From Macrostomum lignano (Eukaryota), in the NCBI GenBank assembly GCA_002269645.1, contig NIVC01000256.1, positions 1 to 48,049 of the forward strand: 48,049 bases of DNA, in the 5' to 3' direction. Of this stretch, positions 24,284 through 40,862 are shown piece after piece. A program made the translations under genes and the position numbers. The notes below the pieces were generated by a model. That model did no database searches and was not told the DNA's origin. It was given only the letters and a program-made list of their open reading frames with translations. Each line of letters starts with the position of its first letter. The stretch's first letter is position 1.

Positions 24284-26086
24284 CATGCTCAAAGAGTGGT
24301 TGAGAAATCAATCTTAGACCCCATGTCGGGTTTCCATTCTGGGCTGGTGTCGTAATAATTAGACTCAACTCAACTTTTCATTCATCGTTTATCTCTTCGT
24401 TTCAAGTGACGTCTTGTGGCTAAAAAATTGATTATTGAAGATTGCCTATTTTCCATAAATATAGGCTCTGTCACAAATGACAGAGATTGCGCAATATCTG
24501 AATAGGCCCTGGCTACAGATGATTTCTGCGATCTATTTATTGACCAACAAATTGCCTTAGTTTACAATGTAGCAGAGAGCACCTTAAATTAAAACTTACC
24601 CACAGTGGCAGTTCAAAGTACGTGTGCGATTCTCTCGCAAAAGTTGTTACCTAAATAGACGCTCTTGCAGAGCCGATGTCTAACAGCGACTGGCTATGAT
24701 AAACTGACTGTTCCATTCTAAGCCTGTTCGCTTCTTGATTTGTCTGGTCATGGGATATGCTTGTCCTGAAGAAGGCTGGGGCCATAAGAATTTAGTCTAT
24801 GGCACAAACCTCTTCTGCCTTTGTGTAAGGAGGGGGGCTTGCAGGCTTATTGTCTTTTCTCTCAGCACGCCTACCATAGACTATGAACTGGCTAGTGAAG
24901 CCTAAATGCGTGCGTGTTCTTTTGAAGGCAGACTGGGGAGGGTTGAAAATTTGGGCGCTAGATTTGATGATATTTATGGCTTTGTGGTTTGAACTGTGAG
25001 ACTGAACTAGCAACCTCAGTGTGAGACTGAGAGCGTAGCAATTAAATCGACGTCGCAGTATTACCTCGAGTGCCGAAATCAATGTACTCCTCGAGTGCAG
25101 AAATCAATATCAACGATGCGCCCTAATAACAAAATAAATTCTATAACAATACGAGGTCCTCTAGAAAAGGCGTCTTCTTCTAGAACTAACGGATTCGAAG
25201 TCGTGTGCTCCCATCGGTTAATCTAGGATAATCCAAAATCAATAACTCGATAATCCTCTAAGGGTATCGGAATCGGTCCGCATATCATATCCAATCCCTT
25301 AGGAAAAGGGAGGCCTCAAACTCAATAGTCTCAATAAAATCGACTGAACAGTAACGGCCGGCAATAACAAGCGCTCTCAATAATCAAAATAACGAAGACT
25401 TGAACAAAGCTTACCAATTGGTGTTTCTCTTCCTCAGAGATATAGCCTCGTTTGGCTGCTCTTGCAAAGCCCAAGATCTTTGGAGGCTGCTCCGAGTCTG
25501 AGATTTCAGTTCGGATTTTGCGTTTGTATTTATACACCATTTTTCGGCCTTGAGTCGACCTTGAGCTCAAAACCGGTTTTTTATGAGTTCACGAAAGGAA
25601 TTTTATTATTTGACTGGTGGGGTTTTTGAATAGAAAAGGGTGAGACTTGGGTCACATTCGGGTTAAAATTTACCATATTTAGAAGTTCTAAAAATAGATG
25701 TCGAGAACAGGTTTTTCGAACAATTGCATAGTCACTCGCTGTTTGCGTGACATTACTGGTATTACTAAAATAGAGTATGACACATAGCTATTTTTAAATT
25801 TGTGTTCATAATTTTATCTTACTACTTCTAGTAGGCTACCATGTTTGGAGATCTCTACACCCTTAGCAGAATTCCCTTTAGCATCATTCCCCCTCAACAT
25901 CATTCCCCTCAGCATCATTCCCCTCAGCATCATTCCCCCTCAGCGTCACCCCCTTAGCATGGGAATGAGATTTTATGCTACAGGGTCCGAGCACACGAAA
26001 ATTAACTGTAAATTTATTAGGTTCCAGCCATCATGTGAAAAGCAGAAGACCAATTTCAACGTCTTCTTCCCTAAAATATGAAGTTA

Positions 26087-26476
26087 TGAAGCCTTCCAGA
26101 CTCACTCCAATAGTTAGCCCTTTCCAAGACTTCTGGGTTTCCCGCTCTTGGACGGCTTTTCGGTAATAATCCAATTCTGTTTTTCGCACACTCCCGAGGA
26201 CCTGTCTGCTGGGGGGTAGCCTGGGTGGACTCGGTCCTAGCACCGTCCCTGATTCCACTGTTGGGTTGGCGGTGTCTTGTACCGTAGGCTTGAAGTCCCT
26301 CGCTCTTTCCCTAGCTTAAGCTGGGGCCCAACTAAATTGGTGACTCGGACTCCGAGCGGGTATCTCGGGTACACAGTTTTATCTGTGCCCCTGGACAGTG
26401 CCCTCTTGCGGTAGAGCCCCTCCAAGGGCTGATCCGCGGGTAGCCCCGTAGCTTCCCACCCCCGTTTAACAACAAC
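26087..26476 (+). mobile_element. 390-bp 5'-truncated retroposed fragment with (AAC)n tail and 14-bp TSD; duplicated at 43105-43494
   Basis: The GC-rich insert is flanked by exact AAAATATGAAGTTA repeats (26073-26086 and 26477-26490) and ends TTTAACAACAAC. Confidence 0.7.
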
Positions 26477-26494
26477 AAAATATGAAGTTAAAAA

Positions 26495-26638
26495 TGTGGG
26501 GGAGAGTCCAGGGCGCAAATGCGAGTAGATGAACTCAGAGTCCCAAGACCTTAGTCCCGACTTTGTGAGGGGACGCATTCACGCCCCCTCTCTTGGCCCA
26601 GTTTCAGTTGGCCGGGTTGTGTACGCTTTTTCCCCACA
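26495..26638. mobile_element. 144-bp solo-LTR/MITE-like element with TGTGGGG...CCCCACA termini; duplicated at 43513-43657
   Basis: 7-bp terminal inverted repeat with AAAA on both sides (possible 4-bp TSD, but low complexity). Confidence 0.45.
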
Positions 26639-27142
26639 AAAAGCCTTCACATCCAGTCAGATAATCAGAATTCAATGGCTCAGTTGAGACAATTTTAGCA
26701 AGACATGGGAAGACTTAGCAACAAATGTGCTCAAACTGCACACAACGAGTTGCCTTTCTTCCCACTCTACTCATATTTTCCATAGCTAGCCAGCATTAAA
26801 CAAGCACAATGGTAGACGTGTGCCAATCATTGTTCTACTATCCGATATTCAGTATCCACAGTCTGGTGGTCCATACCTCTGTTTCATATAGTCCCAACGG
26901 AAAAGACTTTATAAACTGTACGATCGTGTCCACTCTTTCAAGCACCCTGACTTCTGAAGTCGGATCAATTTTAGTTGGCTGGGCAATCAGGGTGGGGCTG
27001 CGTTGCTGAGGATCAGAGGATCTCTATGCATATAAGCTGGACTGGTCTGTCTCGAAACCCCAGCGCCAGTGTGAGCAAGAAAGTAAGCTGTGACTAAATG
27101 CAATAACTCTGTTCTGCTCCAAAGCCCGTACTAGTCAATGCC

Positions 27143-28297
27143 ATGAGAGCAAAGCAATATCTAATTCTGCTGTCCTGCGCTACAGTTCTTTTGATTGTGG
27201 TGGCGTCTCTATTCCGGTCCAACAGTTTGACCGCTTCAAAGTTAAAATTCATTCGCAAAGGCAAAGGCCGCACCGTTGCAAAGTCGCTGCCAACGCTAAG
27301 CGATGTCGAAATGGTCAAAAACTGCCCCCCGTACAACGAGCTCCGCAACGTCGACTTCAGGAAGCCCAGCCTGCGGCACCGGCTGTGTCAGAAGACGCCG
27401 GCCTACCAGTTAGTCAGGGGCAAGTTTCCCCTGTGCGAGCTGAACAGGAACTTACCACAGCAGATGTACACCATTGTCAGACAAGGGTCTCCTGTGGCCA
27501 ACGTGACCCGAGCGATGGGTGGCCCATTAATGCCGCTATTCACCTTCGGCAAGGAGGACATGATTTCCGCGCATATGCTAAAACACAGCGAATGGGAAAC
27601 AAGCTCTATTCGGACCATGCTCAACTTGTTAAAGAAGCTTCCCAAAAACACTGGGACGTTCCTCGATATCGGCAGCAATCTTGGCATCTACAGCCTGCAG
27701 GCCAGAGAGCTCGGGTATCCCGTGGTGGCCATCGATGCAAACATCCGCACACTGGTCAGGCTGCAAATGTCAGCGAAGCGGCTGAACTTGCTTGACGACA
27801 AGCTGAGGCTCTTCTGGGGCTTCATCAGCGACGACGTGGCGCTCAAACGGATCAGCTATAACGCAGACGACTTTGGCTGCCACGCTGGAAGCGGCTCAGT
27901 CGGATTGGCTGACTGGAAACGGCAGGTCACGAAGTTAATCGAGGACACGATTCCCGTGATGACTGTCAAAGCGGACGAGCTTAGAGCGCACATCGGCACC
28001 AAGAATGTGGTCGTCAAGATGGACATCGAGTCCGGTGAGCACCTGTTCATGAAGACTGGCGAGAGGCTGTTTCGAGAGCTCAATGTCATGGCGCTGCAGA
28101 TGGAGTTCTGGCGGAAGCTCGGCCAGCGACCGCAATCGTCCAAATATTACGAGTTTGTAACACGCTTCATGACCTCGAGGAACTTCTCTCTGCTGTCCAT
28201 GAGTAGCTTCCGAGTGCAGAACGTCTCTACATTCAACGAATGGGACGGACTGTGGGTTAGAAACGACTTTTTGGCTCAAGTTGCTAGGAATGGTTGA
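27143..28297 (+). CDS. FkbM-family (Methyltransf_21-like) SAM-dependent methyltransferase, type II membrane topology, intronless, 384 aa (copy 1)
   Basis: Short basic N-terminus + hydrophobic anchor (YLILLSCATVLLIVVASLF); SAM-binding FLDIGSNLGIYSL; VVAIDAN; VVKMDIESGEH; LQMEF. GC-rich coding composition. Confidence 0.88.
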   Translation: MRAKQYLILLSCATVLLIVVASLFRSNSLTASKLKFIRKGKGRTVAKSLPTLSDVEMVKNCPPYNELRNVDFRKPSLRHRLCQKTPAYQLVRGKFPLCELNRNLPQQMYTIVRQGSPVANVTRAMGGPLMPLFTFGKEDMISAHMLKHSEWETSSIRTMLNLLKKLPKNTGTFLDIGSNLGIYSLQARELGYPVVAIDANIRTLVRLQMSAKRLNLLDDKLRLFWGFISDDVALKRISYNADDFGCHAGSGSVGLADWKRQVTKLIEDTIPVMTVKADELRAHIGTKNVVVKMDIESGEHLFMKTGERLFRELNVMALQMEFWRKLGQRPQSSKYYEFVTRFMTSRNFSLLSMSSFRVQNVSTFNEWDGLWVRNDFLAQVARNG

Positions 28298-29310
28298 TGC
28301 AACTTGCAGTTCCGGGAGCTCACTAGATGATATTGATGGCTAAGATCTTTTACACCTTATAAACTAGTTAAATGGGTACTTTTTCACAGCGAGAGTTGGG
28401 TTTTTATTAGCAGAATTCTCATAGAAAAGAGCTCCGCACTGTAAGTCTCATAGTACTTTTAACAAATTTTAAATTGGTCATTTCTTTATGTTATAGATTT
28501 GACTTGGATTACGCAATTGCCTCAAAAGCAGAATTTCATGTGGCTATGAACGGCCATGAGTGCATATTTGTGCAGAAAGCTTAGCCTGAACTTAGTCAGT
28601 TTCCAAAGCTTACCTTAGGTACTTTGGGATCGTGCTGGATCGGATGTGACTTCCATTGTTCCAATTCTCGTTTCTCATGTTAGGTACCCTAGAACCATTA
28701 GTGAATGTTTCCTTTTGACTTGCTCAAGACAATTTTTGGGTGTCTATCGTACTGTTTTTTGTTTTCCTAAAAGAATGTGTGCTCGTCACTTGCTTCTGAG
28801 TTCTGCAGCAGCAGCTGTTTTCTTTTTCTCAGTCAGTACAGTTTCGAATGGTAATAAAATTTATTACTTCCTTTTTGCTTTTCTATTTTCGTTTCTGCGC
28901 AACCTAGCCTGGAAAATATATTATTTAAAAAATTGCTGCTTACTCATATATTAGGAGTATCCCTACTCTAATAACCAGCCTCTTCCTGTTGCTCATCTTG
29001 ACAGCTTGGCTTGACTTTGTTTGCCTCACGATCATGAGACCGATAATGATGTCGCGCTGGCTAAATAAGACTAAAACGTTTCTTCTCGTAGCGCTAATAC
29101 CAAGCCTTCAGGTGCAGACGAGTATGGGGAATGAAGGGATGTGGAATGATAGGATTTGAGATGATGGGGGTGAGGGGGCTTGTGCCCGTTTAACCTTGTT
29201 AATCCACCACCAAATGAGTTATAAAACCACCTTAATAATGTACAATGCTATGAAAAAACAAGTAGAAGCCGTGATTGCGGTAAAGTTGGTCTTTCCGTTT
29301 GACCGAGAGA

Positions 29311-30477
29311 TGCAAGCATCACTATTGGTTGCCGTCACTGCAAGCTTCACTATTGGTTGCCGTCACTGCAAGCTTCACTATTGGTTGCCGTCACTGCAAG
29401 CTTCACTATTGGTTGCCGTCACTGCAAGCTTCACTATTGGTTGCCGTCACTGCAAGCTTCACTATTGGTTGCCGTCACTGCAAGCATCACTATTGGTTGC
29501 CGTCACTGCAAGCTTCACTATTGGTTGCCGTCACTGCAAGCATCACTATTGGTTGCCGTCACTGCAAGCATCACTATTGGTTGCCGTCACTGCAAGCATC
29601 ACTATTGGTTGCCGTCACTGCAAGCATCACTATTGGTTGCCGTCACTGCAAGCATCACTATTGGTTGCCGTCACTGCAAGCATCCCTATTGATTGCCATC
29701 ACTGCAAGCATCACTATTGGTTGCCGTCACTGCAAGCATCACTATTGGTTGCCGTCACTGCAAGCATCCCTATTGGTTGCCGTCACTGCAAGCATCACTA
29801 TTGGTTGCCGTCACTGCAAGCATCACTATTGGTTGCCGTCACTGCAAGCATCCCTATTGATTGCCATCACTGCAAGCATCACTATTGGTTGCCGTCACTG
29901 CAAGCATCACTATTGGTTGCCGTCACTGCAAGCATCCCTATTGGTTGCCGTCACTGCAAGCATCACTATTGGTTGCCGTCACTGCAAGCATCACTATTGG
30001 TTGCCGTCACTGCAAGCATCCCTATTGGTTGCCGTCACTGCAAGCATCCCTATTGGTTGCCGTCACTGCAAGCATCCCTATTGGTTGCCGTCACTGCAAG
30101 CGTCCCTATTGGTTGCCGTCACTGCAAGCATCACTATTGGTTGCCGTCACTGCAAGCATCACTATTGGTTGCCGTCACTGCAAGCATCCCTATTGGTTGC
30201 CGTCACTGCAAGCATCCCTATTGGTTGCCGTCACTGCAAGCATCACTATTGGTTGCCGTCACTGCAAGCATCCCTATTGATTGCCATCACTGCAAGCATC
30301 ACTATTGGTTGCCGTCACTGCAAGCATCACTATTGGTTGCCGTCACTGCAAGCATCCCTATTGGTTGCCGTCACTGCAAGCATCACTATTGGTTGCCGTC
30401 ACTGCAAGCATCACTATTGGTTGCCGTCACTGCAAGCATCACTATTGGTTGCCGTCACTGCAAGCATCACTATTGGT
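29311..30477. repeat. 28-bp tandem satellite, ~42 copies (copy 1)
   Basis: Unit TGCAAGCATCACTATTGGTTGCCGTCAC with variants (CTTCAC, ATCCC, GATTGCCATC). No spacers. Confidence 0.98.
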
Positions 30478-30868
30478 GATAAATCAAAGCCCATCAAAGC
30501 CCAAAGGAAGGGACGTGAATAGAATGACTCCTACGAGATTTTTATTCAAGTGACTTATAAGTAGTTTATTTGAAAATTAATAATAAAGAAAAGCCGACAA
30601 GTTTCATTTAATAAAGTATTTGATTAGAGACTAACATATAATAGTAACAATATAAAAATCATTGCAGCGCCAAACGTCAAATACGGTGGCTCCTTGCTCA
30701 GATAATTGCTTTTCAGCGCGTTCTCGACTCTTTATTATTATTGCGGCTGAATTAAAAGCTAGCAAGCTTGTGAAAATTATTTGATCGTCCTGGAAAATGA
30801 CTTCACGTTAAATGTCCTGATCTATTGTAAATTTAGATTTTTCTTTGCCAACACTTATACCACTTATT

Positions 30869-31004
30869 TCAGTCAGTTCCAGCTGGAACCCTTGAGTACG
30901 CGTGCACTTATATCAGTCAGTGCCAGCTGGCGCTCTTGAGTACGCGTGCACTTATATCAGTCACTGCCAGCTGGCACTCTTGAATACGCGTGCACTTATA
31001 TCAG

Positions 31005-31020
<16 letters not shown>
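30869..31020. repeat. 44-bp tandem repeat (3 copies + partial) overlapping the glucosidase stop codon; also at ~47815-47960
   Basis: TCAGTCA(G/C)T..CAGCTGG...TTGA.TACGCGTGCACTTATA units start at 30869, 30913, 30957 and 31001. The last unit contains the TGA stop (31005-31007). Confidence 0.9.
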
Positions 31021-37612
<6,592 letters not shown>

Positions 37613-38239
37613 GGCTGTGCGAGAGATACGGCTGGAAACCAAAGAGTGGCTTTGCGTCCCGCTGCGCGCGTTTTATGCGATCAAAACTGCGCATGTGGGT
37701 TTGCCCTGGCTTCCTTGTCGTCAGCTTGCTATTGGCTGCAGTGCGCAGCTGAGCACCCTCTGCACACGCGTTGACAAACTTGACAAGAAATTTTATCTGA
37801 CACAAAGTCTGCTTTTAAATTTTGTTATCAACTGATTGTCTATAAAATGTATCAATTTATCTTTTGTGACATTACAGGACGTTGTTCAAGTTGCAATTGA
37901 AAATCAGAGCAAATCAGTAGCACTCTAAACCGGCACTCGTTGCGTAGACAATTAGGTCAAATTGAAAATCTGTACTAAGGGCCACCGACGAGACGCTTTT
38001 AAAAATGTACGTCTGCAGCTTTTACAAGCGTATAGTAGCTACGGGCGTGAGTTTACCTGCTCAATTGACTCCCGCTCGGCAGTCTTACGTCCACAACTCT
38101 AGCTACGGTACATATAACCGGCAGAAACATTGACAAATTATACCTGTAGAATTGTATCGATTGCAGCTCTGACTAGAAATAATAAAAGGCATTTGGTACC
38201 ATCGTCACACCAACAACTTGGCCCAATACAATGACTCTC

Positions 38240-38305
38240 CACTGACACACGCACACACATGGTGTAGAGCGCCACCATGACTTTTTAATCGTCAGGCATG
38301 TAAGC
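38240..38305 (-). mobile_element. Short diverged fragment of the same SINE family
   Basis: CACACGCACACACATGGTGTAGAGCG..TTTTTAATCGTCAGGCATGTA resembles 33640-33692. Confidence 0.4.
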
Positions 38306-38591
38306 ATGACTGATAACAATTATGTCATTAAAAATATTCCTTTTTGTTATTCCAATCCTATGAACAATTACTGGAATTTCTGTGATTGATATATGTATAA
38401 GCGCTAGTGGATTCTTTACAGTTGTATTGAACAATTAGCACGAGGAAAATAGGTACGATTATTGTTCTGTGACAGTGACAGGTACTCGTAGCACCACGTG
38501 TAAATATCCTTCTTCCGAAGGTTCCCTCTGCTCCTCCAAGTCTCCAGTTTGGACAGGCCTGAAAGAGCCGGCGAACGTCCATCCATGAAGT

Positions 38592-39330
38592 ATGTCGAAA
38601 TTCGAGTTCGTCCTCAGATCGACCAACTTCAGGGCGATGATTGACAGCAGAATCAGCGACAATGCGGACACCCGTCGGATAAGCCTGGAATTCGAGATAG
38701 CGATCGAAGTTATCTTTCCTAGGAGCCACGCTGAAGTCAATCGGACCATGGCTGGCTTCAATACTATCGCTGGATTGCCACATGTCATTGGAGCCATCGA
38801 CTGTACTCATATCGCGATTAAACTGCCTGCGAACAATGAGCACGTATTTGTGAACAGAAAATATTTTCACTCCATCAATGTGCAAGCTGTATGTGATGCA
38901 GCAATGTCCTTCACTAACGTTGTAATACGTTGGCCAGGAAGTACTCATGATTCGTTCATTTTCAACAACTCGCAACTCAAGGAAATTCTAGCTACAGGGC
39001 TAGTTGGAGGGTTCCTAATCGGAGACAGTGGCCCATTAAGGCCATTTCTAATGAAAGTGTTCGAAGATCCAAGAGATGCAAGGGAAATCGAATTTAATCA
39101 CCGACTGCGAAAATCTCGAGTAAAAATCTAATGTTCCTTTGAAATTCTGAAAGCACGTTTTTTTAGTGTCTGAATCGCCATTCAGGATGTCTCCGATTTA
39201 CTTCTACAAAGTGCTGCAATGTAATAAGCTCTTGTATTGTACTGCACAACATCGCAATGAATAGAGGAGTTCCTTTGACTACAGCAGTTCAGTATCATCC
39301 AAATGACGATCCCGAAGACGTTGCTATTGA
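38592..39330 (+). mobile_element. PIF/Harbinger transposase 2 (HARBI1-like DDE_Tnp_4), inactivated
   Basis: LPHVIGAIDCTHI..FVNRKYFHSINVQAVCD..RWPGSTHDSFIFNNS..FLIGDSG. A stop replaces the expected catalytic E (RVKI*CSF), and no recognisable N-terminus is present. Confidence 0.9.
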
Positions 39331-39614
39331 TGACGACATTGTAGCCGGGCGAGCAGAAAGAATTCGTATTATGAACGCAATGTTGCATTAATTATGGCTG
39401 GTATTTTGACCTTGATATTATCAATATCTTTGCCAACAATTTGATCTTCATCATTAATAGTTTATTCTGTTATGTTATCCGTTACATGTTATGAGATATT
39501 TCATTTGTTATAACAATATTAAACTCGGACAACAACTACAATAACTATAATTCATTATTTTCAGACTTCGTCGAGTCATTTAACACAGTTTTAACATACA
39601 AATACGCGAGTTCA

Positions 39615-40338
39615 TTACTTTTTCCTTGACTCAATATCCAATCGAGCCCTTTCAATTGCTAAACGCTCGCACTCTACTGACAGCCGTTTTTTCTCAACCT
39701 CCAGTCGATCCTTCTCAATATGCAGTCTCTGCTCCTCAAAGTTGCAGATATCCATTATCTTGCTGTCGACACTAACCCTCTTGGGTGTCGTCGGCATCTC
39801 AGGGCTAGACGTGCTAGAATTGCTAGACCTAGAGCACCGCGCTAATGATTCGTCCCGGGTTGAACCTAGTCTTTGGTCAGAAACGAATTCGGTAGTGCTA
39901 CAGTGCGGCGTCGGGCAGCCACTCTCCCTTGGCATCGTCGGTGTCGAGGAGCCAGCCGAACATTCGGGTTGCATGGAGTCGACCCCGCCAGACACACCAA
40001 CAATACTTTCAGAGGCCATCATTGCAGCAGTATCCACTTCGAACTGCGTCAGATCCGATGCTGTTGGTGGTCCACCTCCAGTTGCATTCTTGTCTTTCCG
40101 TTGCAAAACAAGCTTAGCTTTCACGTCAGATTTGAAATCCGACCATTTCTTTCGACACTCGTCTCCTGTACGCTTGTTTGCACCAATTGCATTCACCTGG
40201 CTTGCACACGTGTCCCAGCACGCCTTTTTTCGTCTGTGTTTCAGCTTTTTGATCCTTTGAATCTAGATGCTTTTGAACAAAATTGATCAATTCCTCCTTT
40301 TCACCTGACGTAAAGTTAGGTTGTCGTTTGCTCGACAT
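39615..40338 (-). mobile_element. Harbinger accessory Myb/SANT DNA-binding protein (NAIF1-like), one frameshift
   Basis: MSSKRQPNFTSGEKEELINFV, a frameshift in an A run near 40230, then KKACWD..VNAIGANKRTGDECRKKWSDFKS and a C-terminal coiled coil (EEQRLHIEKDRLEVEKKRL). It is convergent with the transposase, as in Harbinger elements. Confidence 0.85.
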
Positions 40339-40679
40339 GGTGCCACTGATCTTTCAAAACAGCTAAATTTCTCACTTGTTCACTTCCGACTGGTCCCGAG
40401 CAGTCGTAGGGTTAAGATCAACCTTACGAAAGACCATAGACATACGAACGTTTCGAGAAACAGTCTTTTGCGCAAAGTTACGAGCTCGCAAAGTTGCGAT
40501 CGATCGTACGTCGTTTCAAGTTGCAAGACTTTCGAGCAAGCCATAAGCACTTCCTCCCCAACTTACGTCTATGGCTGATCGTAAGTTGCTTTCGAGAAAG
40601 ACCCCCCAGGAGTTTAGCTTTGACGATTTATCTGCTTTTTACACTGCGACTCGTTCTTGAGTCTGCCAGGAGGCTGTCT

Positions 40680-40862
40680 CAACGTTTTCTGAGCAATTGC
40701 TCAGAAATTTAGTCTACGTACGAGCGTAGTAGTTTTATTCTTATTGACCTGAGTAATTGCTCAATCTCAGAGTATTTGCTCTGAAATCGGAGCAAATTAT
40801 CTTGAGAAAAATCTCATGAGCATTTGCTCATGAGCAATTTCTCAGTTTATTCATACAGGCCC
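40680..40862. mobile_element. Orphan terminus of a MITE/Harbinger-like element with palindromic subterminal motifs
   Basis: Perfect 22-bp palindrome TTTCTGAGCAATTGCTCAGAAA near 40687, repeated GAGCA(A/T)TTGCTC variants, and a terminus ...TTTATTCATACAGGCCC. No partner end was found. Confidence 0.4.

Noticed and set aside
24792-25570. ORFs with PPPY (gag late-domain-like) and MVYKYKRK..ISEEEKHQLV (pogo-like HTH)
   Set aside because: Single short motifs with no supporting downstream domains. Too weak to annotate, although a TE origin is plausible.
29311-30477. CRISPR-like array (28-bp repeats)
   Set aside because: Units are head-to-tail with no unique spacers, there are no cas genes, and the context is eukaryotic. 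The same applies to the 16-, 19-, 44- and 58-bp arrays.
29196-30553. Long ORFs with repeated CRHCKHHYW (zinc-finger or heme-motif-like), also at 46216-47494
   Set aside because: They are translations of a 28-bp satellite that happens to lack stops on the + strand. All three frames give the same cyclic peptide, and CxxCxH is not CxxCH.
37975-38000. TAA-GGGCCACCGACGAGACG as the left TIR of the Harbinger element
   Set aside because: No reverse-complement partner found near 40600 or 40860, so the element boundaries remain undefined.
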